Positions 1-7,623 of a stretch of DNA of 28,835 nt are shown here, piece after piece. The notes beneath the pieces were generated by a model. That model was not told the DNA's origin. It was given only the letters and a program-made list of their open reading frames with translations, and searched no databases. The translations under genes were made by a program, and so were the position numbers. Position 1 is the first letter of the stretch. Each line of letters starts with the position of its first letter. The stretch lies in NCBI GenBank assembly GCA_051439505.1, contig JBFRWI010000084.1, positions 1-28,835 on the forward strand, written 5' to 3'. This DNA comes from Hormoscilla sp. (lineage in GTDB: Bacteria > Cyanobacteriota > Cyanobacteriia > Cyanobacteriales > Desertifilaceae).

Positions 1-113
1 CCGCTGGTAGCTTTATTGACTGGGTAATTGCCCTGGCTATTTTTGAATGGCTACTGGTAATTGTTACTGTGCCGTGGAATATCTATTTTGAGGCCAAGGA
101 AGTCTTGGTTGAG

Positions 114-263
114 GGGTGTGGTCAAAACCCGTTGATAGTTCTAGGGCCTCGGAAGTCGCCGGATCCCCCCCAAACCCCCCCTTCCAAAAGGGGGGGCTTC
201 CGGAAGCCCCCCCTTCTAAGGGGGGTTTGGGGGGATCCTCTACAACTACTTTTGACCACACCC
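114..263. mobile_element. MITE copy A (150 bp): 14-bp perfect TIR, 8-bp TSD, internal GC-rich palindrome
   Basis: GGGTGTGGTCAAAA (114-127) / TTTTGACCACACCC (250-263); TGGTTGAG duplicated at 106-113 and 264-271; internal GGATCC...GGATCC near-palindrome 161-238. Confidence 0.93.
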
Positions 264-352
264 TGGTTGAGGCAAAAACTTCCGCAGAAAAGGACATTCA
301 AGTTGATTTTAAGCAAGTCGCTTACGTCAGACGAGTGGCTAAGTGGTCCCTG

Positions 353-390
353 GCGATCGCCATTACGTTGCATCTGGTTTCCGCGATCGC
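353..390. repeat. HIP1 octamer GCGATCGC (two examples; many more across the window)
   Basis: 353-360 and 383-390, also near 1315, 1580, 1931, 2240 and elsewhere; cyanobacterial signature. Confidence 0.9.
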
Positions 391-446
391 ATTTTACAGT
401 CTCGCCGCCACGGGAATTACTGTTATTGGTTATATCAGTTCCGGTG

Positions 447-597
447 GGGTGTGGTCAAAAGTAGTTGTAAAGGATCCCCCCCAAACCCCCCCTTCCCGAA
501 AGGGGGGGCTCCGGAAGCCCCCCTTTTTAAGGGGGGTTTGGGGGGATCCGGCGACTGGGAGGGCCGCCCGAACGTTCAACTGTTTTTGACCACACCC
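447..597. mobile_element. MITE copy B (151 bp), inverted relative to copy A, without matching TSD
   Basis: GGGTGTGGTCAAAA (447-460) / TTTTGACCACACCC (584-597); same palindrome 472-549; flanks TTCCGGTG and CAATCTCC differ. Confidence 0.9.
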
Positions 598-811
598 CAA
601 TCTCCCTGCTCCCTGCGAGAGTGATCCCTGCTATCCCTTGAGGTATTGTCTGCCCGTCAGGCTGCCCCAGCAAATAATGCAGGGTTTTCCCGCCTGCCAA
701 GTTCGGTTACACTGCTAGAATTCTTTGACTAACACCTATACCCTCATATATAAAGATGTTTTAGCCTCTTTGCGCTCAGATAAGTTGTTAATTTGTGTAG
801 GAGGAAAAGTC

Positions 812-2236
812 ATGCATCAATGGATATTGCCAAGCTTAAGTGAAGTTTTAGAGGACTCCGAGCTAGCTTTTGATACCCCATATATGAAGTCCGCTGATAG
901 AGATAAAACCGGGCACAGTCAAAGGGCAGAACGATCTTGGCGTGGGGCGATCGGGGCTTTGGGGGCCCTCTTGCAAGCAGAAGAGTCGGGCATAGTTCTT
1001 TCTGGACCAATACCCTTCTTGTCTCATGCAGCTTTGAGCCCCAAGTTTGCTACTTGGCTGTTTACACCTGATACTGGCAATCATGTCCTGAGGCTACCTC
1101 CTGCTACCTTACTCGCCCCAGACCATGACAGGCCAGACTGTCAAGGAGTGATTTTTCCCCTACTACCCAATGACTCCCTCAGAAATGAGGCATTTTGCTT
1201 GGTGTTAACAGAAGGGTTTGGTTTCGTGATGGTTTTAGGTGCAAACCGCACTGGGGCACCCCAGTTCCGATTTTCCTTTGACCCAGATGCAGTCAAGATC
1301 GCCTGGAACGAACTGCGATCGCGCGTTTTTCTGACCGGGAATGCCCAACAACGCCAGCAGCTAGACACCTACTATCAACAGTTTTCTCCCAGGGCTCCCG
1401 ATTACAAAACTGTCATGCAGTTTAGCCAACTGCTCCTTAATTACATACCACCAGATCGTCAATTTGTCCAGCAAAAACACCGGGAAGCCGATCGAGGGGC
1501 AGTTTCTTGTCACCATCCCCCACTCCAAGAAATTCCCCAGGATCTGGGACAACATCCCCAAGATGTAGAATTGTTACAGGCGATCGCCCATGAAGTGAAA
1601 ACGCCTTTAACCACCATTCGTACCTTCACGCGACTGCTGCTCAAGCGTCGCGACCTCCCAGATAATGCGATCAAAAGGATACAAGCAATTGACCGCGAAT
1701 GTACCGAACAGATCGATCGCTTTGGGTTAATTTTCCGAGCAGTCGAATTGGAGACATCTGCGGCCAAAGTGCATCTGACCCCGACAGAACTCTCCAAAAT
1801 ATTGGATAATAGCATCCCCCGTTGGCAAAAGCAAGCCTGTCGTCGCAATGTGACTCTGGATGTGATTTTACCTCAAACAATGCCAGTCGTAGTTAGCGAC
1901 CCGACCATGCTGGATCAGGTGCTGACCGGGGCGATCGCGAACTTCACCAGTACCCTACCAACTGGCAGTCACGTGCAAGTGAAAGTGATGCCAGCAGGCA
2001 ACCAGCTGAAATTGCAACTCCAGTCTCAAGGTAGGGCGATCGACAAAAAGACAGATGCAACTCAACCCACTCTCAAATGTCTGGGTCAACTGCTGATGTT
2101 CCAACCGGAAACTGGTAATCTCAGCCTCAATATGAGTGTAACCAAAAATCTGTTTCAGGCGATCGGGGGCAAACTAATCGTCCGCCAGCGCCCCCAGCAA
2201 GGTCAGGTATTAACCATTTTCCTGCCTTTGAATTAA
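812..2236 (+). CDS. Soluble sensor histidine kinase with degenerate ATP-binding domain (Hik34-like)
   Basis: H-box AIAHEVKTPLTTIRT; N-box-like DQVLTGAIANF; no clear G1 DxGxG; G2 region ETGNLSLN degenerate; no TM segment; AGGAGG at 799-804 favours ATG 812 over TTG 725. Confidence 0.85.
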   Translation: MHQWILPSLSEVLEDSELAFDTPYMKSADRDKTGHSQRAERSWRGAIGALGALLQAEESGIVLSGPIPFLSHAALSPKFATWLFTPDTGNHVLRLPPATLLAPDHDRPDCQGVIFPLLPNDSLRNEAFCLVLTEGFGFVMVLGANRTGAPQFRFSFDPDAVKIAWNELRSRVFLTGNAQQRQQLDTYYQQFSPRAPDYKTVMQFSQLLLNYIPPDRQFVQQKHREADRGAVSCHHPPLQEIPQDLGQHPQDVELLQAIAHEVKTPLTTIRTFTRLLLKRRDLPDNAIKRIQAIDRECTEQIDRFGLIFRAVELETSAAKVHLTPTELSKILDNSIPRWQKQACRRNVTLDVILPQTMPVVVSDPTMLDQVLTGAIANFTSTLPTGSHVQVKVMPAGNQLKLQLQSQGRAIDKKTDATQPTLKCLGQLLMFQPETGNLSLNMSVTKNLFQAIGGKLIVRQRPQQGQVLTIFLPLN

Positions 2237-2245
2237 TTGGCGATC

Positions 2246-2270
2246 GCCAGAGGGGTCGATCGCCTCTGGC
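2246..2270. terminator. Hairpin between convergent genes (putative bidirectional terminator)
   Basis: GCCAGAGG (2246-2253) / CCTCTGGC (2263-2270) between stops at 2236 and 2288; no clear U-tract. Confidence 0.5.
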
Positions 2271-2287
2271 ACATTTACCTAATTCTC

Positions 2288-2497
2288 TTATGCCGAAGCA
2301 CGGCCTAACATTAACTCGTGCTGGTGTTCCGCATGCTGCCGTTCTGTTGCCATCAATTCCCTCGCTTCTTCTTCAGTATTTCCCTCTATACCCCTGTCGA
2401 GTTCCTTAAAGGCGCGACTCAACATCGACTCGTGCTGGTGTTCCGCATGCTGCCGGTCACTAACCATTAATTCCCGTGCCCGTTCTTCAGTGTTCAT
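2288..2497 (-). CDS. 69-aa protein with two tandem IF7/GifA-like motifs (acidic variant)
   Basis: NTEE[R/E]ARELMxx[D/E]RQHAEHQHExML[S/G]RA twice, period 38 aa; identical 28 bp at 2314-2341 and 2428-2455; GAGG RBS upstream; resembles the IF7 N-terminus. Confidence 0.75.
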   Translation of the reverse strand: MNTEERARELMVSDRQHAEHQHESMLSRAFKELDRGIEGNTEEEARELMATERQHAEHQHELMLGRASA

Positions 2498-2558
2498 GGT
2501 AATTTCCTCGCTCAGAATGTCTTCTCTAATCTCTATTCTGACATCAAATTGGGCAAAC

Positions 2559-2574
2559 TGTAGCTAAATTTACA
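2559..2574. promoter_or_regulatory. NtcA-binding site
   Basis: TGTA-GCTAAATT-TACA, i.e. GTA-N8-TAC with consensus flanks, about 60 bp upstream of the IF7-like ORF; candidate minus-strand extended -10 TGtCAGAAT at 2543-2535. Confidence 0.7.
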
Positions 2575-2674
2575 TTTTTTAGCAAATCTTCCTTTATAAT
2601 GCCATTTTTCTGAATCACATTACTCAGGATTTGTCAACAGCTAATTATGGGGAATTTGCAGGCGATCGGGCGGA

Positions 2675-2703
2675 TTGACATAGTCTCGCAATACTGATAT
2701 AAT
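2675..2703 (+). promoter_or_regulatory. Perfect sigma70-type promoter with extended -10
   Basis: TTGACA (2675-2680), 17-nt spacer ending TGa, TATAAT (2698-2703). Confidence 0.8.
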
Positions 2704-2743
2704 TTATCGAGAATATTTTGTGAAATTTTCCCAGGATCCGAAC

Positions 2744-2926
2744 ATGGCCATGCCTCGCAAGTACCAAAAGTTTTTGATAGAGTTCGCTGGCAAGATTGGA
2801 CCACCGATTTTTTCAGGCACGCTCGTAGGTTGTATCCTGTCCAGTAAATTTGAGACTATACATGGCGTGTTGATGGGAGTCGGCATAGTCCTAATTTCCG
2901 TTAATTATTGGTACAATAATCCCTAG
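2744..2926 (+). CDS. Small hypothetical membrane protein (about 60 aa, two hydrophobic segments)
   Basis: MAMPRKYQKFLIEFAGKIGPPIFSGTLVGCILSS...HGVLMGVGIVLISVNYWY; lies just downstream of the consensus promoter; start could be 2744 or 2750. Confidence 0.6.
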   Translation: MAMPRKYQKFLIEFAGKIGPPIFSGTLVGCILSSKFETIHGVLMGVGIVLISVNYWYNNP

Positions 2927-3031
2927 TTCGTAGTAAACGCTTTAGCGTTCCCCTGGGGTTCATAGTAAACGCTTTAGCGTTCGCTTTCGGAGCGCAACTA
3001 CTACAAACTGCGCTAAAGCGCAACTACAAAC
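2921..3031. repeat. GTAG-type REP cluster
   Basis: TAGTAAACGCTTTAGCGTTC twice (2931-2950, 2963-2982) plus the inverted relative GCGCTAAAGCGCAACTACAAAC (3010-3031). Confidence 0.75.
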
Positions 3032-3144
3032 TTAATATCATGTTTGGGCGATCGCCCACAATAAAAACCTCTGACTTTGACGAATAGAGTAGAAATGGGT
3101 GTGGTCTTGCACCAGTTAGGAAAAAAAGAGCACAGATGCTGCTA

Positions 3145-3164
3145 GTGGGCGGTGCCCACCCTAC
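3145..3164 (-). repeat. GTAG-type REP (GTAGGGTGGGCAnnGCCCAC family)
   Basis: GTGGGCGGTGCCCACCCTAC; other copies at 16516-16536 and 25318-25338, partial at 20825-20840. Confidence 0.8.
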
Positions 3165-3251
3165 TTTCGGAGATGAACATCCACCCAATTAACTTACCGG
3201 GTTGGGAAGCCCACAGTTATTTTACCTTTAATTTCAGCCACCTACTCAGCA

Positions 3252-3614
3252 CTAAGGTAAGGACCGGAAAATACCCGAAGATCCTTCCGTTCGGGGGGGC
3301 AAGGACCGGAAAATCCCAAAAGACCTGTCCGAAATGTTATTATCAGTGGAACCGGGATTAGTACCTGCCCAACCATTTCCAGTCAAAGGATCGGCAACAC
3401 CTCCCAGAGAATCTTGCAAGAAAGTATCTTGAAACCCAGGCCGGGATCTCCGTTCCCGAGACTCCCGTCTTTCCGCTGCTGTCGGCACCCTTAACTTGCG
3501 GTCTTCGTCAAAGAAAGTCGGTTGAGGACTCGACTGCGCTCGCGCTGAGGCCCCTAGACCAGAAGCAAGCAAAATCAACAGGCAAAGCGCAGTTCCCTTG
3601 GTTTTATTTTGCAT
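3252..3614 (-). CDS. Small secreted protein with duplicated C-terminal GIFRSLP motif
   Basis: Signal peptide ending ARA-Q; AGGAGA RBS; 12 bp downstream of the porin stop; 42-bp-period repeat at 3256-3323. Confidence 0.75.
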   Translation of the reverse strand: MQNKTKGTALCLLILLASGLGASARAQSSPQPTFFDEDRKLRVPTAAERRESRERRSRPGFQDTFLQDSLGGVADPLTGNGWAGTNPGSTDNNISDRSFGIFRSLPPRTEGSSGIFRSLP

Positions 3615-3626
3615 AACTGTCTCCTC

Positions 3627-5318
3627 CTAAAAACGGAAAACTGTACGAATCAAGCCAACAAATATGTCATCATTATCCTCATTATGCTCGGGATTTGTGA
3701 CAAAGAACACCCCGGGCGTAATCGAGATATTATCATTTACCTGAAACCGGTAGAATAACTCAAAGTGCAAAGAAGTATCGTCATCTTCTCCCCGCCGTAA
3801 CCCTCTGCCATCTGTCAGTTTAGGCGGTTGACCAAACAGAAAGGCCAGTAAATCTCCCTCTTTACCAAAAGGATCTCGATAGCCTAGAGAAAATAGGTAC
3901 GTCTCGGTATTGGCATAATTATCCGAGTTCACAGCATTGGCAAAGGTAAACCCACCCCAAGTACCAAATACCAGATCGTTCGTCAAGCGCCATTGCAGAG
4001 TCCCTCCTACTGCCTGAATTTGCACTTCTTCAGAGAGGTTCCCAGAGACATCGGCATTCAAACTCCCGGTGAAAGTATCCAGCTGACCATCATTTGAGTA
4101 GGCATTCACATAGGTAATCCCCGTCAGCACCCTGGCCAAAGGTCGGGTTAACAGCTGCACCCCTAAAGCGCTATGATCCGCACCCGTGACCCCTCGCCCT
4201 TCGCTGGGATCGTTACTATCGCGAGTGCCATAGGCTACCTGCAAACGCATTTTATCCGTTACCAACCAGTCAAAACCGACACCTGCATCCAATGTGCCAA
4301 TTTTGAAGATGGGATTGGCTTCGGCAAACCGGGATATGGCACCGCGACCGTTGTCAAAATAGGGAGAGTTGGCTGTCAGCACGTTGCTGAGGCTGAAACC
4401 TACTGGTCTTAAGGTTACCACTACCCGATCGCCCAAGGTGGCAAACCTGTATTCGAGCATATCCAAGTCAAAAGCATTGTCAGTATCTGCCTGGAAAGAC
4501 AGCAGGGCCATATCCGTATTAAATCCATTGCCACCGGAAAAGCCGCGATTAGAGAAATTGCTAGCTACGAACCCCAGGCGCAAACGGTCTTTGCCGTTAA
4601 AAGATGTCGCCACCCCCAGGCGTGTCAACTGAGCGAAAATCACATTTTCAGTGTCTCCATTTCCCCGTGGTTCTCCTCCCTCTCCACCGGCGACTGCAAA
4701 GATAATTTCTCCCCCAAACCGGGCTGTAGTCGAAAATTGAATGGCTTGCAATTCCGCTGTCCGCGCCTCCAGGGCATCTATCCGACCCCGCAGGGTGGCC
4801 AGTTCCGCCGCAAATTCTTCTTGCAGTCGCTGAAGTGTGATTAAATCATCTCTGGTGATGGTGCTAGTTGTAGCCGCAGCAATCAATTCGTTAATCCGGT
4901 CCAAGCAAGCATTCAGACCAGCGGCAAACTCAAATCTGCTTAGGGGACGATTTCCCCGAAAACTGCCATCTGGATATCCCGCAATACAACCATAGCGTTC
5001 TACCAAGGACTGCAATGCCTGAAATGACCAGTCTGTCGGTCGCACGTCTCGCAGTTGGGATACAGAAGTCACCTGACCCATTGGGTTCTGACTTCTTTTA
5101 CCAAGCATTTGTTTATGCAGCTGGTCCGGGTTCTGTGTCTGGGACTGCACCCTGGACTCCGCGACTGGTATTGCGGCTGCTGGCCCTGCTGCCAGTAATG
5201 CTGCCACTCCCGATCCGAGTATAATGTCTTTTCCTCTCACTTTTCTCCTCAACACCTTTTTGATGAGATTCAGGATTACGCAAGGGCTGCCGGCGATCGA
5301 TACCCGTTTTCCCTGCAT
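3627..5318 (-). CDS. Cyanobacterial outer-membrane porin (SLH domain + OprB-type barrel; SomA/iron-uptake-porin family)
   Basis: MGQVTSVSQLRDVRPTDWSFQALQSLVERYGCIAGYPDG, coiled coil LQRLQEEFAAELATLRGRIDALE, FSTT, C-terminal GLIRTVFRF. Confidence 0.93.
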   Translation of the reverse strand: MQGKRVSIAGSPCVILNLIKKVLRRKVRGKDIILGSGVAALLAAGPAAAIPVAESRVQSQTQNPDQLHKQMLGKRSQNPMGQVTSVSQLRDVRPTDWSFQALQSLVERYGCIAGYPDGSFRGNRPLSRFEFAAGLNACLDRINELIAAATTSTITRDDLITLQRLQEEFAAELATLRGRIDALEARTAELQAIQFSTTARFGGEIIFAVAGGEGGEPRGNGDTENVIFAQLTRLGVATSFNGKDRLRLGFVASNFSNRGFSGGNGFNTDMALLSFQADTDNAFDLDMLEYRFATLGDRVVVTLRPVGFSLSNVLTANSPYFDNGRGAISRFAEANPIFKIGTLDAGVGFDWLVTDKMRLQVAYGTRDSNDPSEGRGVTGADHSALGVQLLTRPLARVLTGITYVNAYSNDGQLDTFTGSLNADVSGNLSEEVQIQAVGGTLQWRLTNDLVFGTWGGFTFANAVNSDNYANTETYLFSLGYRDPFGKEGDLLAFLFGQPPKLTDGRGLRRGEDDDTSLHFELFYRFQVNDNISITPGVFFVTNPEHNEDNDDIFVGLIRTVFRF

Positions 5319-5392
5319 AATTCTTGAGATTATAACTGATTATGATTAAAATATCATGCGCTTAGCAGCAGCACGACCCAACCGACAACCGA

Positions 5393-6697
5393 TCACCATT
5401 CATCTTCACAACCTTCTACATCATACAATCCTCCGATGGGACAATCTTTCAACGCCGAACTCAGGAATTTTTTATAGATATTTTTCTCGACATCGTTGCG
5501 ATCGTCGATCGCCCCTATTATCTCTTCACACATGCCAAAATTACTATCCCGAGCGCGAGAAATATTGCAATCACTCGACTTGGCATACTTTTGGATCAGT
5601 TCATCTGGAAGTTGCTGTCTGTTATAGGCCAAATCTATCCCCGTCTGTTGAGTCAGTTCTAGGAAAAAACTCAAATTTTGACCGCTGCTAAATTGCTTGC
5701 TCAAATTTGTCGGCTGGGCATTTTCTACCCTTGCTACTAAAGTATCAACATCTTCTGACTCTAATTGCGTCGTTTGCCTATTCTCTGGGACCGAACAATA
5801 TTGCTTTACCAAAGCTTTTTTGTCCCCGGAACCGCGTCCGTGAACTCCTACTACCCGACCATAGCGATCGAATACCGGTCCGCCACTCATCCCCGGACGA
5901 GTATTATCAATGTAAAAAATTCCATAGCCCCATCCAAACTCACTTTCGCGCAAATTATCCAGCTTTGCCATTACCGGACCCCAAGTTAAACGCCTTTGTC
6001 GGCGTTTTACCTGACCGCGACATTTCCCTGTCTTGGGATCCTTTTCCTTTTCTGGATCTGGCCAACCCGAGGCATAAACTCGGTCTTTCAACTTCACTGC
6101 TTCGGGATCTCCTAAGGCCGCTACCGGATAGTTTTTCCCACTTTCAAAACTTACCACAGCTAGATCCGAACCCGTAACTCGCCCGGGCACGTTGATTGAA
6201 TAGCATCCGAACCTCAGCAAAGGTTGTCCCCGCCTTGGGTTTCCTCCCAGAGGACAACCCCGACCATCATTTATTTGCTTGACTAGATGCACTTCCCCAT
6301 CGCTGGTTCTAATTCCATGAACTATGTTCTTGTCTAAATGTCTTTGCTTGAAGTTATGGGTGACTGTTAACACATAGTAAGTCCTTCCTTCTTTGGCGAA
6401 GATCACTCCCGAACCTGGGTTCCATACTCCATCTTTATTTCTGGAACTCGCTAGAGGATTCTTCCGATTTTCTTCTAATTCCCTGACTAATTGTTTTGTC
6501 AAACCTGGGGCGATCATCACTGTTGTTTGACGCGCGATCGAGTTCACTTCTGCAATGCTTAGTTCTCTTGCTGCTGTATTTACCGCGATCTTTTCGGCTT
6601 CCGCTTCACTTGCGATCGTCATCTTTCCTGCATATCCCAGGGTGCAGCTGCACAAGATTAGTGCTATATATTTCAGAACAATCTGCTTTCTTGACAT
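5393..6697 (-). CDS. Secreted trypsin-like (S1) serine protease with Cys-rich insertions
   Basis: GSGVIF, VLTVTHNF (His), SDLAVVSF (Asp), PGMSGGP (Ser), VVGVHG; hydrophobic N-terminus; ATG overlaps the upstream stop (TAATG). Confidence 0.9.
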   Translation of the reverse strand: MSRKQIVLKYIALILCSCTLGYAGKMTIASEAEAEKIAVNTAARELSIAEVNSIARQTTVMIAPGLTKQLVRELEENRKNPLASSRNKDGVWNPGSGVIFAKEGRTYYVLTVTHNFKQRHLDKNIVHGIRTSDGEVHLVKQINDGRGCPLGGNPRRGQPLLRFGCYSINVPGRVTGSDLAVVSFESGKNYPVAALGDPEAVKLKDRVYASGWPDPEKEKDPKTGKCRGQVKRRQRRLTWGPVMAKLDNLRESEFGWGYGIFYIDNTRPGMSGGPVFDRYGRVVGVHGRGSGDKKALVKQYCSVPENRQTTQLESEDVDTLVARVENAQPTNLSKQFSSGQNLSFFLELTQQTGIDLAYNRQQLPDELIQKYAKSSDCNISRARDSNFGMCEEIIGAIDDRNDVEKNIYKKFLSSALKDCPIGGLYDVEGCEDEW

Positions 6698-7623
6698 TAT
6701 CTCTCTCCCGTCATTCTCTTATTCCAACTCTGTGACTCTGGGCGCGAAATAAATTGGAGATAGGTACTAATGGGAATTCCCCAGCTAGAGTAGATCATTC
6801 TCTCCAATAATTGCTCTGATGGCATGGTCCCATCTGCAAATCTATATACTCCAAAGCCCGGATCTCTGCCTTTTAGCCTACCATTTATCCCGATCAGCTT
6901 ACCCCGGTCATTAAAAATTGGACCTCCACTCATACCTACTACTATATCATTGCTATAGCCCAAGCTATAGCCCTCTGGCATGGATTTTGGTAACAGCAAT
7001 GACAATTTTCCCGCAGTTAACTGGAATACCTCTAGTCCTAACTCGAAGGTCGTGGCAAAATTATCTCCACTATACATGGGAAACCCCGCTGCATATACCC
7101 GTTCTCCTTCTGCTAAAGGTTCAGTCCCGATCGCTGCTACTGCATATTCTCTGCTGCTGCGAAACCGGGCGATCGCCAGGTCATTCTTCCCCAGTTGCTG
7201 TTCGCCGAACAGTTGATAGCGAGCACCATCGGGAGCTATTATTTGTGAGTCATTCACCTTCAGCACGTGCCAGTTTGTCACTACTGTATATATCCCTTCG
7301 GTACGGTCTACAATTACCCCAGACCCCGACGCCGAACCTGTCATTACCCGCACCGTCGTCTGCTGCGCTATCCTCCTTATTTCCCCTGAAGCGCGATCGC
7401 CCCGTGCCCTCTGGGACTCTTCTGAGGATATCTGGTGTTCATCAGGCCACAGCGGTGATAGCACCGCTGTGTCACTTACTAACATTACTGCCAGGGTAAA
7501 GACTAAAGTCTTTACTACGAACCTGACTGCCAGGGTAAAGACTAAAGTCTTTACTACGAACCTGACTGCGAACCTGACTGCCAACCTGACTGCTACCTTA
7601 GAGTTCGCGCATTCCCCCATCAT
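6697..7623 (-). CDS. Secreted trypsin-like (S1) serine protease
   Basis: SGSGVIV, VVTNWHVL (His), NDLAIARF (Asp), GMSGGP (Ser), LIGING; overlaps the upstream gene; exact start uncertain. Confidence 0.9.
   Translation of the reverse strand: MMGECANSKVAVRLAVRFAVRFVVKTLVFTLAVRFVVKTLVFTLAVMLVSDTAVLSPLWPDEHQISSEESQRARGDRASGEIRRIAQQTTVRVMTGSASGSGVIVDRTEGIYTVVTNWHVLKVNDSQIIAPDGARYQLFGEQQLGKNDLAIARFRSSREYAVAAIGTEPLAEGERVYAAGFPMYSGDNFATTFELGLEVFQLTAGKLSLLLPKSMPEGYSLGYSNDIVVGMSGGPIFNDRGKLIGINGRLKGRDPGFGVYRFADGTMPSEQLLERMIYSSWGIPISTYLQFISRPESQSWNKRMTGER
7487..7599 (-). repeat. In-frame tandem repeat (2 x 39 bp + 3 x about 12 bp) containing a GTAG REP, inside the protease N-terminus
   Basis: ACTGCCAGGGTAAAGACTAAAGTCTTTACTACGAACCTG at 7487-7525 and 7526-7564, then ACTGCnAACCTG-like units to 7599. 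Confidence 0.9.

Larger units (their letters stand above)
1..446 (+). pseudogene. Conserved cyanobacterial membrane protein gene (5' end outside window), frameshifted by one MITE and truncated by a second
   Basis: Frame from 3 reads AGSFIDWVIALAIFEWLLVIVTVPWNIYFEAKEVLVE (to 113). Removing 114-271 restores ...AKTSAEKDIQVDFKQVAYVRRVAKWSLAIAITLHLVSAIAFYSLAATGITVIGYISSG, ending at 446 where the second element starts. The 158-bp insert shifts the frame. Confidence 0.85.

Noticed and set aside
64..624. Overlapping ORFs 64-297, 69-464, 116-589, 122-373, 343-624
   Set aside because: Pro/Gly-rich read-throughs of the MITE palindromes plus fragments of the disrupted gene; not independent genes.
725..811. 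Upstream TTG extension of the histidine kinase
   Set aside because: Strong AGGAGG precedes ATG 812; the extension looks like AT-rich leader.
2921..3031. Possible CRISPR array
   Set aside because: Only two direct copies with a roughly 12-bp gap, an inverted partner, no unique spacers and no cas genes; fits REP elements.
3097..3106. Lone GGGTGTGGTC matching the MITE terminus
   Set aside because: No partner inverted end or TSD nearby; could be a relic but is unsupported.
7487..7599. Possible CRISPR (39-bp palindromic repeats)
   Set aside because: Units are contiguous with no spacers and lie inside a CDS.
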